DNA from: Spirochaetia bacterium
GTDB lineage: Bacteria > Spirochaetota > Spirochaetia > SZUA-6 > Bin103
DNA: 64,000 nucleotides
Assembly: GCA_965208575.1 (NCBI GenBank)
Contig: CBDBOV010000003.1
Span: 608,001 to 672,000 of the forward strand
Direction of reading: 5' to 3'
Part shown: piece after piece, positions 52,299-60,774 of the stretch
How positions within the stretch are numbered: the first letter of the stretch is position 1
Layout of the letters: each line of letters begins with the position of its first letter
The notes under the pieces: generated by a model
Seen by the model: the letters and a program-made list of their open reading frames with translations, nothing else
Told to the model about the DNA's origin: nothing
The model's database searches: none
Position numbers and translations under genes: made by a program

Positions 52299-54068
52299 CT
52301 AGCCGCCCATTTCCCTCTTCAGCGCCTGATCGATCCAGAGGCGGGCGAAGACGGCGTTCTTGTTCCAGACCCCCATGTAGAAGTCACCGTCGAAACCCTG
52401 CAGCCACGGCTGGGTGACGTTGAAGTATGGAATGAGGCCTCCCCACATGTGGATGTGGTTCTTTACGAGCCAGAAAACGGCCTCTCTCGCGAGCCGCTGG
52501 TGTTCCTCCGCGGTGGCAGCCACTTTCAGTTGCTCGATCAGTGCGTCGTACTCCGGGTCACAGAGTCCGGAGACGTTAACGTTGTCGCCGCACGTCATCT
52601 GGGGAAGACGAATCAGAGGGCGATACGGAGTGCCCTGACCCCAGTAGCTGATGCCGTCATAGTCGCCCTTGCCACCCTTGATCTTGGGGTGCATCGTAGC
52701 CCAGTCCTGTTGCCGGATCTCCGTCTGGACCCCGATCTCGGCAAGGTAGCCTTGGACGATCTCACGATGCGGGACGTTTGTGGGGAATCTGTAGTTGTCG
52801 GTCATCGTGAATCGGATGCCATCGGCGCCGCGCGGATACCCGGCCTCGTCGAGGAGCTTCTCGGCAGCTTCCGGGTCGTACCGGTAGTACTGCTTGACCT
52901 CCTCGGGCCACTCCGCATACGGAATCGCATTTCCGGTGAACGGCTGTAACTCCCCCATGGGTTCCGGCCGCATCCAACCCTTGTAGAAGGTGTTGTTGAT
53001 CGTATCGAGGTCGACCGCCATCTGTATGGCGTGCCGCACGCGGATGTCGTCGAAGGGAGGCTTGGTCACGTTGAAGGCAGCGCTCTCCCCCGCCTGAAAA
53101 TACATCGCGTTCACCCTCAGCTCGGGGTTGGTCCGCTGCAGGCTTTCGACCGGGTCCACCGTCGTGAACCGCCCGTTGCTGTTGTGACCAAGGTAGTCGA
53201 TCTGGCCAGTACGCATGGCCGAGATGCGTGTCGCTTGGTCAGGCATGATCAGTCTGACCAGCTCGTCGGTGTAGGGCAGGCGGTTCTCGGGGTACTTCTC
53301 GTCGTGGCCCCAGTAGTCGGGGTTCTTGACCCAGGTCATCGAGCTGCCGTCGACCCAGTCCGTCAGCATGAAGGGACCGGTACCGACCAGGTTCCGCCAG
53401 TCGGCGACGTCGCCGTGCTGCTCGATCGCCTCGGGCGCGTTTACGAACCCGATATTGTCGTCGATCAGCACCGACAGCGCATCGAGGGGTGGATCTACCA
53501 GCTTGACCTCGACCGTGTATCTGTCGGTGGCGGTGACCGATTCCCATGACATCACGGGGTATCGGGTGTTCTGGTCGCTGGTGCGCCAGCGCGCGATGTT
53601 GTACACCACGTCGTCGGCCGTGAGCTCGCGACCGTTCATCGGTGCCTTGTCGTGCCAGCGAACGCCCTGACGGATGTGGAAGATATAGGTCGAAGGGTTG
53701 GGGATGTCCCAGCGTTCGGCCAGAGCCCCGGTGAAGTGGTCCTCGAGCAGGAACTCGATGGTGAGATCGTTCACGCTCCGATCTATGCCCCAGTTGGCGA
53801 TGCCGAGCTTCTCGACCACGCCGCTGGCGGCAAATCCTGCGCTGATACCACCGACCATCGCATCGGAGTTCGGAGGCTCCGACGAGGAGCCGTAGGTCAA
53901 CGTCCCACCATACTCCGGCGCCGTGTACACGATGCCGTTGGTGGGGTCGGTCACGTACCTCTTCTCGGCGGCGGCTGCCGCGCCGGCGCTCTCGCCTTCG
54001 CCGGCGGCGAACGAAACGGTGGCCGCCAGCGCGAACGCCAGTGCCATCGATACGAATCTGGAAACCAT
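52299..54068 (-). CDS. Family-5 ABC substrate-binding protein, copy C, 589 aa
   Basis: Colinear paralogue; most divergent C-terminal patches. Confidence 0.93.
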   Translation of the reverse strand: MVSRFVSMALAFALAATVSFAAGEGESAGAAAAAEKRYVTDPTNGIVYTAPEYGGTLTYGSSSEPPNSDAMVGGISAGFAASGVVEKLGIANWGIDRSVNDLTIEFLLEDHFTGALAERWDIPNPSTYIFHIRQGVRWHDKAPMNGRELTADDVVYNIARWRTSDQNTRYPVMSWESVTATDRYTVEVKLVDPPLDALSVLIDDNIGFVNAPEAIEQHGDVADWRNLVGTGPFMLTDWVDGSSMTWVKNPDYWGHDEKYPENRLPYTDELVRLIMPDQATRISAMRTGQIDYLGHNSNGRFTTVDPVESLQRTNPELRVNAMYFQAGESAAFNVTKPPFDDIRVRHAIQMAVDLDTINNTFYKGWMRPEPMGELQPFTGNAIPYAEWPEEVKQYYRYDPEAAEKLLDEAGYPRGADGIRFTMTDNYRFPTNVPHREIVQGYLAEIGVQTEIRQQDWATMHPKIKGGKGDYDGISYWGQGTPYRPLIRLPQMTCGDNVNVSGLCDPEYDALIEQLKVAATAEEHQRLAREAVFWLVKNHIHMWGGLIPYFNVTQPWLQGFDGDFYMGVWNKNAVFARLWIDQALKREMGG

Positions 54069-54310
54069 GCTGGTTCCTCCTCTCGGGTCGCCATGGGGTG
54101 ACCCACTTGTGCGCTTGTTGCCGGCAACGCCGGCCGGTGTGGCTGGTGGATGAGGGAGATGCGGGTGGCTGGCCGAGGCAGTGGAACGGTGGATGTGCGG
54201 ACCTATGGCCGCCGCCGCTCGGCGGATCGATGGTGCCGCGGTCAACACCGCGCCGCGCACTCGGCCGTCGCGTGGTTGGCTCGGGCAGTTAGTTATAGTT
54301 AGCGGCGCGC

Positions 54311-54334
54311 GGTAGTCGGGTAGTCGGGTAGTCG
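54311..54334. repeat. (GGTAGTCG)x3 in the SBP-C leader
   Basis: Read directly. Confidence 0.9.
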
Positions 54335-54367
54335 GGTAGGGTCATGTCGCCACCCATTACCCGTGCG

Positions 54368-54396
54368 AGTATAGACGGCCCGCCCGGGTAGTGCAA
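54368..54396 (-). promoter_or_regulatory. Sigma70-type promoter of SBP copy C
   Basis: TTGCAC-N17-TATACT. Confidence 0.75.
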
Positions 54397-54583
54397 GGAC
54401 ACGCATCTACCGCAATCTACTGCCCCCGTCGCCTGGGCTTCCGGAGCCATGTGGGCGAACGACGTTGCCGTGGCTGGCGCCGGAGAAGCGCGTCGGTGAT
54501 GAGGGCGACGCCGGCGATCATGCCGCTGGACCGCTCGGACCGCTCCGTTGCCCCGGCGGGTTCCGTGCTACTATGCTACGGTG

Positions 54584-57374
54584 ATGCAGACTGCGGCGGT
54601 CAGGGCTCGTCCGTTGCTCGCCGGCGCCGCCGCCAAGCGTCGCGGGCGTCCCGTTGCTGCTCGTCATCCTGGTGCCGTTCGCGGCGCTGAACCGGCTCCC
54701 CAAGCTGGATACGGTGCGCGAGGACCTGCGCGCCGCGCTCGCCCCCACCGCGCAGTGTTTTCAGGGGTTCTGCATCGAGGATCCCGAGCGGGCGGGCGAA
54801 CGGAGTGGCTTCTTCGACCGTTGGTGGCGATTCTCCGTGACCTACCTGCAGCTCGTTGCCGTCGGGATGTTGTTTGCGTTTGCCGCCGCCGCCATTGCCG
54901 AGGCGTTCCTGGTCTCCGACCTGTCGGTGCGTGCAGGCCCCGCTACCGCGGCCGCTGGACGCGGGCGTTGGCGGCGCATCCTGAAGGGCGTCGGTCTCGG
55001 CCCCGTGCTCAACCTCTGCTCGGCATGCGTCGCTCCGGTGTCCAGCACGCTGCGCCGCGGCGGCATGGGAGTGGAGGGCGCGCTCGCCCTGGTGCACGGA
55101 TCGGCCACCCTGAACGTGCCGTCGCTGCTGATGATCGCCGTGGTGTTCACCCCGCTGCTCGGTGCAAGCCGGCTCGTTCTCGGGCTGGTCGCAGCGTTCT
55201 CGCTGGGGCCCCTGGTCGCGTGGGCGGTGCGGCGGCGCGGCGCGCGCCTCGACCACTGCGCGGGCGCCGAGCTCGCCTGTGCGGTGCCGGCCGTGGCAGC
55301 GGAGACGGCGACCTGGTCGGAGGTGCTGCGCACCGGCGGCGCGGCATGGCTGCGCTCGTTCGCCCGCCTGGTGCGGCGCATGTTGCCGCTCATGATCGTG
55401 GCCGGCTTCGCCAGCGGCGCGGCGATCCAGGCGTTGCAGCCAGAGACCGTTACCGCCTACCTCGGCGACAGCCTGCTGGGGGTGGTAATCGCGGCGACGC
55501 TCGGGGTGCTGATCAACGTGCCGCTGCTGTTCGAGATCCCGCTGGTCGCGCTGCTGCTGATCCTCGGCGCCGGTACGGCGCCGGCGGCGGCCCTGCTGTT
55601 CGCCGCCGCCGCCGCCGGGCCGGTTACCTTCCTCGCGCTTGCCAAGGCCCTCGGGCGCCGCGGCGTCGCCGTCTACGCGGGCGGCACCTGGGCGATCGCC
55701 GTGCTCGGGGGATGCGCGGTGCTGCTGGTGGGGGCGCTGCTGGGGCCGGAGCGGGCGGCGCTGCGACTCGACGGTGGTCCGGCTACGGACGCCACCGGCC
55801 ACGTCGGCGCCGTGCCCAACGCCATCGTGCTGGCCACCTGCGCCGGTGAGCCGGCGCCGTGCCCGGAGCAGAGCGGACTCCGTTGGCCGCACACGCCCAC
55901 CATCCATGGGCACTCGGTGACCAGTGCCGGGGGCGCCGTCGGCGACTTCGACCGGGACGGTTGGCAGGACCTGTTCGTGCCGTCGGGCGGCACCTCGCCC
56001 GACCGGCTGTACATGAACAACGGCGACGGCACGTTCACGGACCGCGCCGCCGAGGCCGGAATCGCGGCCCGCCATCACGGCTACGGCGCGGCCGTCGGCG
56101 ACGTGGACGGCGATGGCTGGCTCGACATCTTCGTCATCAGCTACGGCAGCGTGGACCAGCGCTTCACCATGCCCGGCAACCACCGCCTGTACCGCAACAA
56201 CGGCGACGGCACGTTCACCGACATCGCCGCCCGCGCGGGGGTGGCGACCACCAGCCTCAAGCAGCCGACCGGCACCGGGGCCAGCTTCGGCGACTACGAC
56301 CTCGACGGCGACCTGGACCTGGCCGTGGCCTCGTGGTTCTACGGCGAGGGGGGCAACGCGCTGTTCCGGAACAACGGCGACGGGACGTTCGAGAACGTGA
56401 CCTCACTGCTGCCATTCGGTGGCAAGCGTGCCCCGATGGGGTATACGCCGCTGTTCGCCGACATGGACGGCGACCGCTATCCCGAGTTGCTGTGGGCCGC
56501 CGACTACTTCACCAGCAGCTACCTGCGCAACGACGGCGGTGGCGGCTTCACCGACATCACCGCGCAATCCGGGACCGGGCTGGACGCCAACGGCATGGGC
56601 GCAGCGGCAGCCGATCTCGACAACGACGGCAGGCTCGACTGGTTCGTGACCTCGATCAGCACACGGTATGCGGTCGACAAGGCGCCGGGTACCGGGAACT
56701 TCCTGTACCGCAACCAGGGCGGCCATCGCTACGAGTCGGTCGGCGACCGCGCGGGGGTCAAGGAGGGCGGCTGGGGATGGGGTGCCGTCGCGGTGGACCT
56801 GGACCACGACGGCTGGCTCGACCTGGTGCAGACCAACGGCTGGGAGGGGCCCAACGGCCGCGACGATCCCGAGTGGGCGTCCGAGACGACCAGGGTGTTC
56901 CGCAACCTCACCGCCGCCTCGTCTGAACTGACCTTCGCCGACGTCGCCGAACAAGCGGGCCTCGTGCACCGCGGGCAGGGCCGGGGAGTGGTTCACCTCG
57001 ACTATGACAATGACGGCGACCAGGACCTGGTCATCTTCAACAACGCGGAACTACCCACGCTGGTGCGCAACGAACTCGACGCGGGCAGCGACGGCGCCGG
57101 GCGCTGGCTGCGCGTGTTTCTGGACACGGCAGCGCGTGCGGATCTGGCGCCCGACGGGTTCGGCAGCCTGGTCGCGGTGCGCGCCGGCGATCTTCGCCAG
57201 GTGCGCTACGTCGGCGCGGCGGCCGGCTACCTCGGCCCGTCCGAGCTGTCGGCCCACTTCGGTCTCGGCGCCGCGCCGGTGGTGGACGAGTTGCAGGTGC
57301 ACTGGGCCGACGGCAGCACCTCCACCTACCACCAGGTGCCCACCAACCGCACACTCACCATCACGGCCCGTTGA
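54584..57374 (+). pseudogene. Permease-FG-GAP/ASPIC fusion, copy 3, -5 bp 5' frameshift; 906-aa ORF remains from TTG 54654
   Basis: AAGCGTCGCG versus AAGCGCCGCGTCGC in copy 1; the remainder is open. Confidence 0.8.
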
Positions 57375-57552
57375 TGCGTCCAACGGCGGCACCCGCTGCG
57401 CGAACTCATCTCGCGGCGTTCCATCACCAACCGACAAACAACTAACCGCTCCGGCTGATCGCCCGGTACGTGACCCGCGCACGCCGTCGCCTTCACCACC
57501 GCCGAGGCGATCCGCTCGGACCAGCGCGTGTGCACCACACCGGTGTTCGCGG

Positions 57553-57870
57553 TTAGAGCCGGCTTTTCCAGTAACCAGGCTTGCGACGATCGTGGGCGAC
57601 AGCGAGCACTCGGATCGTGGCTTCGGTCTCGTGGTTGATGTAGACGACATGGTACGGGAAGCGCTTGACAGGTGCGCGCCGCACACGCAGTTCGGCAGGC
57701 ACTCGAGGCACGAACACACCTGCACGTGGGAAGCGAACGATATGGGCCAGGGTGGCGTCTACCGTGTCGAGGAACTCGGTGCCCAATCCGGCTCGCTGGT
57801 CGTCGTACCAGCGGGCGGCAGCGCGGTATTCCTGTTCTGCCTCGTCTTCAAACCGGATGGCGCGGGTCAC
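57553..57870 (-). CDS. RelE/ParE-family toxin
   Basis: EAEQEYRAAARWY...GLGTEFL...VRRAPVKRFPYHVVY...VLAVAHDRRKPGYW. Confidence 0.9.
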   Translation of the reverse strand: MTRAIRFEDEAEQEYRAAARWYDDQRAGLGTEFLDTVDATLAHIVRFPRAGVFVPRVPAELRVRRAPVKRFPYHVVYINHETEATIRVLAVAHDRRKPGYWKSRL

Positions 57871-58109
57871 CGCCGACGCAACTCGTCTTCGGCTCGCCGT
57901 CTCACATCTTCCCAGGGAGTCCCAGCTGATTGGCCGGAGAGAATCCGCCGGGCCCGCCGCTCGATTTCAGCGGCCCAGGCTGTCTCGACATCCTGCATGT
58001 CGCTTTCGGCCTCGTCCAGGCTGACGAGCAATTCGGCAGCCACATCGGCGCGTTCTTCGGCAGGCAGCGTCAGGGCTTCGCGGAGAAGCTGTTGCGTACG
58101 AGAGGTCAT
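57867..58109 (-). CDS. Putative addiction-module antitoxin
   Basis: ALTLPAEERADVAAELLVSL...AWAAEIERR...PWEDV; coupled to the ParE gene. Confidence 0.85.
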   Translation of the reverse strand: MTSRTQQLLREALTLPAEERADVAAELLVSLDEAESDMQDVETAWAAEIERRARRILSGQSAGTPWEDVRRRAEDELRRR

Positions 58110-58197
58110 AGCGGCATTCTAACCGCGGTGAGGCAGGCCACCAAGTCGGTCACCCAGGCGCTTTGATCTGGTGGGGGCTTTGCGGGCGGTGCCAGCT

Positions 58198-58521
58198 CTA
58201 CGTCAGTCCGAGCTGGACTCGCAAGGCTCGTTCGACGGAGTCCATGTCCTGGCCTGTCAGGATGCCGAGCCGCCTGGTCAGCCGATGCTTGGCAGTGGTC
58301 GTGATCTGATCGGCCATGGCCTTCTGTCGTCGGCTGCCAACATGTACCAGAGCCTCGCTCGGATACACTCTGCGAGTAGCTGATGTCAGCGGCACGACCT
58401 GCACGCGATTGAGATGCCGATTCGCTGCGTCGTTGCTTACGATGACCGCAGGGCGTCGCTTTCGGACTTCGCCTCCCTGGCCCGATTCAAACGAAACCCA
58501 CCACACCTCACCGCGGGTCAT
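58198..58521 (-). CDS. mazF: MazF/PemK-family toxin
   Basis: RGEVWWVSF...GGEVRKRRPAVIVSND...VVPLTS...ADQI. Confidence 0.92.
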   Translation of the reverse strand: MTRGEVWWVSFESGQGGEVRKRRPAVIVSNDAANRHLNRVQVVPLTSATRRVYPSEALVHVGSRRQKAMADQITTTAKHRLTRRLGILTGQDMDSVERALRVQLGLT

Positions 58522-58738
58522 CTTTCACGTCGCCCAGGAGAGCCTCCGACCACTCCTCGGCGTCCCGCTCCCGGTTCTCGTCGCGGGCCATCTCCTCATA
58601 GACCGGATCAAGATCGGCGTCGACCACATGCGGGCGTACGATCTCTTCTATGAACCGAGCGATCTTTCTGGGCCCTACCTTTCTGTACAGACCTTCGTAG
58701 ACGGCTTCGTCAATCGTGATGGTGAGCTTCCGCTGCAT
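58508..58738 (-). CDS. Cognate antitoxin of MazF
   Basis: MQRKLTITIDEAVYEGL...YEEMARDENRERDAEEWSE; overlaps the toxin start. Confidence 0.8.
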   Translation of the reverse strand: MQRKLTITIDEAVYEGLYRKVGPRKIARFIEEIVRPHVVDADLDPVYEEMARDENRERDAEEWSEALLGDVKDDPR

Positions 58739-58752
58739 GAGTAACACGTATA

Positions 58753-58764
58753 TTACACGTGTAA
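58753..58764. promoter_or_regulatory. Perfect palindrome TTACACGTGTAA, likely TA autoregulatory operator
   Basis: 12-bp dyad just upstream of the antitoxin ATG, with a partial second copy at 58742. Confidence 0.55.
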
Positions 58765-58821
58765 CAGCACAGTCAAGCTCGATGGCTCCGCGACAGAGAG
58801 CTCCGGCCAGAGCCTATCTAC

Positions 58822-59757
58822 CTACGCTCTTTTCGCCGGCTCGCGGCCCAGGCGGCCGCCGCCGCCCCGCAGGCGCGGGTCGAGCAGGTCGCGCACCGCG
58901 TCGCCGAACATGTTCAGGCTGTAGACCAGCACGGTCAGGAAGATGCCGGGCCAGAACGCCAGCCACGGCGCCTGCTCCATGTACTCGCGGCCTTCGCGGC
59001 TCAGCATACCACCCCAACTGGGAACCTCCAGTGGCAGACCGAAGCCGAGAAAGCTCAAGCTGGCCTCACTGATGATCACCGCACCGATGTTGATGCTGAA
59101 CACGATGATCACGGGAGCGACGATGTTGGGCACCACGTGCCACACGAGCGTCCTCCATCGCGAGGACCCGATCGCCTCGGCCGCCTGAAAGTACGCGTTC
59201 TCCTTGATCGCGATTACGGCGCTTCTGACCACCCGCGAGCCGCCGATGCCGCCGGTAACGCCAAGGACCACGATGGTCTGCACCAGCCCCTGCCCGACGA
59301 TGGACATGATGGTCAACAGGATCAGCAGTCCGGGTATCGACACCCAGGCGTCGACGAATCGTTGGGTCGCCAGGTCCACGTTACCGCCAACGAATCCGGA
59401 GGCACCGCCGACCACCATGGCGACCACGACGTTGAGGGCGGTCGCGGCCAGGCCAACGGTCAGCGAAACACGGGCGCCGTAGATCAGGCGGGTCAGCAGG
59501 TCGCGTCCGACATGATCGGTGCCGAGCAGGAAGCGCGCCGAGGGGCCGCTGAGCCGATCGGCCAGGCTCATCTCCAGCATTCCGTAGGGAGCCAGCACGT
59601 CGGCGAAGATGGCGGTCAGCGCGAACAGCACGATGATGATCCCGCTGGCGGTTCCCAGCGGTTTCTCCTTCCACAGCCGGGCGAAGAAGTAGGCGGCGCC
59701 GGCGCGGGTCTTCGGCTCGCTGGGCTCGCTCACCGCGGTGGTCTGTCTGTCACTCAT
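58822..59757 (-). CDS. DppC/OppC-like peptide ABC permease
   Basis: LLGTDHVGRDLLTRLIYGARVSL, EASLSFLGFG, NMFGDAVRDLLDPR. Confidence 0.93.
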   Translation of the reverse strand: MSDRQTTAVSEPSEPKTRAGAAYFFARLWKEKPLGTASGIIIVLFALTAIFADVLAPYGMLEMSLADRLSGPSARFLLGTDHVGRDLLTRLIYGARVSLTVGLAATALNVVVAMVVGGASGFVGGNVDLATQRFVDAWVSIPGLLILLTIMSIVGQGLVQTIVVLGVTGGIGGSRVVRSAVIAIKENAYFQAAEAIGSSRWRTLVWHVVPNIVAPVIIVFSINIGAVIISEASLSFLGFGLPLEVPSWGGMLSREGREYMEQAPWLAFWPGIFLTVLVYSLNMFGDAVRDLLDPRLRGGGGRLGREPAKRA

Positions 59758-60706
59758 AGCGGATTCTCGGATCGAGGAACCCATACGTCAGGTCGATGAG
59801 CACGTTCCCCACCACGACGAAGCTGCCAAACAGCAGGTTGATTCCCGACACCACCGTGTAGTCTCGGTCTTCGAGCGCATTCAGCATCAGACGACCCAGC
59901 CCAGGCAGATTGAAGATGTTCTCCATGATGACCGAGCCGCCCACCAGGATGGGCAGCTGCAAGCCCACCAGCGTGATCACCGGGATGATGGCGTTCTTGA
60001 CCGCGTGCCGCACGACCACCGCCCGCTCCTTCAGCCCCTTGGACCAGGCGGTGCGGACATAGTCCTGCCGTAGCACCTCCAGCATCATGGTGCGTGTCAT
60101 CCGCATGGTGGCCGCGGCCATCGCCGTTCCCAGGATGGCGCCGGGAATGAGGAACATCCCCAGGTTCCCCAGCGGGTCGGCGCTGAACCGGATGAGCCGC
60201 ATCGGCGGTGACCAGCCCCACCAGATTGCCGGGTAGAGCATGACCATCAACGCCAGCCAGAAGTTGGGCGTTGCCAGGCCGACGACGGCAACCGAGCGTC
60301 CCACGTAGTCGGGGGTGGTATCCTGGCGGATCGCCGAGTAGATGCCCACCGGCAGGGCGATCAGCAGCCCGATCACCAGCGCCGTCACGCCGAGCTGAAT
60401 CGTCACCGGCAACCTGCCCGCTATCTTCTCGTTTACGGAGAAGCGGCCGAGCAGGGATTGACCCAGGCTCCCGTGCAGCACGATGTCGCCCAGCCAGCGC
60501 GCGTACTGCACGGGAATGGGCTGGTCCAAGCCGAGCTTGCGCTCGAGAGCTTCGCGGTCGATCTCGCCGGCGGTGAAGGCGAAGTCGGCCTGCATGGCGT
60601 CGATGACATCGCCGGGGATGAACCGGACCAGCAGAAAGACGATCATGCTCAGGATCAGGAGCGTAGGGACGACCAGCAGCACCCTTCTGATGACGTACGC
60701 TCTCAT
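59750..60706 (-). CDS. DppB/OppB-like peptide ABC permease, the only intact copy
   Basis: GLDQPIPVQYARWL, QDYVRTAWSKGL, ENIFNLPGLG, DLTYGFLDPRIRY. Confidence 0.93.
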   Translation of the reverse strand: MRAYVIRRVLLVVPTLLILSMIVFLLVRFIPGDVIDAMQADFAFTAGEIDREALERKLGLDQPIPVQYARWLGDIVLHGSLGQSLLGRFSVNEKIAGRLPVTIQLGVTALVIGLLIALPVGIYSAIRQDTTPDYVGRSVAVVGLATPNFWLALMVMLYPAIWWGWSPPMRLIRFSADPLGNLGMFLIPGAILGTAMAAATMRMTRTMMLEVLRQDYVRTAWSKGLKERAVVVRHAVKNAIIPVITLVGLQLPILVGGSVIMENIFNLPGLGRLMLNALEDRDYTVVSGINLLFGSFVVVGNVLIDLTYGFLDPRIRYE

Positions 60707-60722
60707 GGCAGATACCTGGTTG

Positions 60723-60764
60723 TGAGGGAGCCGGGAAGCTTGCGCGAGGCTTCCGGCTCCCTCA
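60723..60764 (-). terminator. Strong intergenic stem-loop between SBP-D and dppB
   Basis: TGAGGGAGCCGG...CCGGCTCCCTCA, 12-bp perfect outer stem. Confidence 0.6.
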
Positions 60765-60774
60765 TATGGCGTAA

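Noticed and set aside
30600-58800. Integron cassette array of TA modules
   Set aside because: No tyrosine integrase, no recurring attC-like (RYYYAAC...GTTRRRY) sites recognised, and modules lie on both strands. An IntegronFinder run would settle it.
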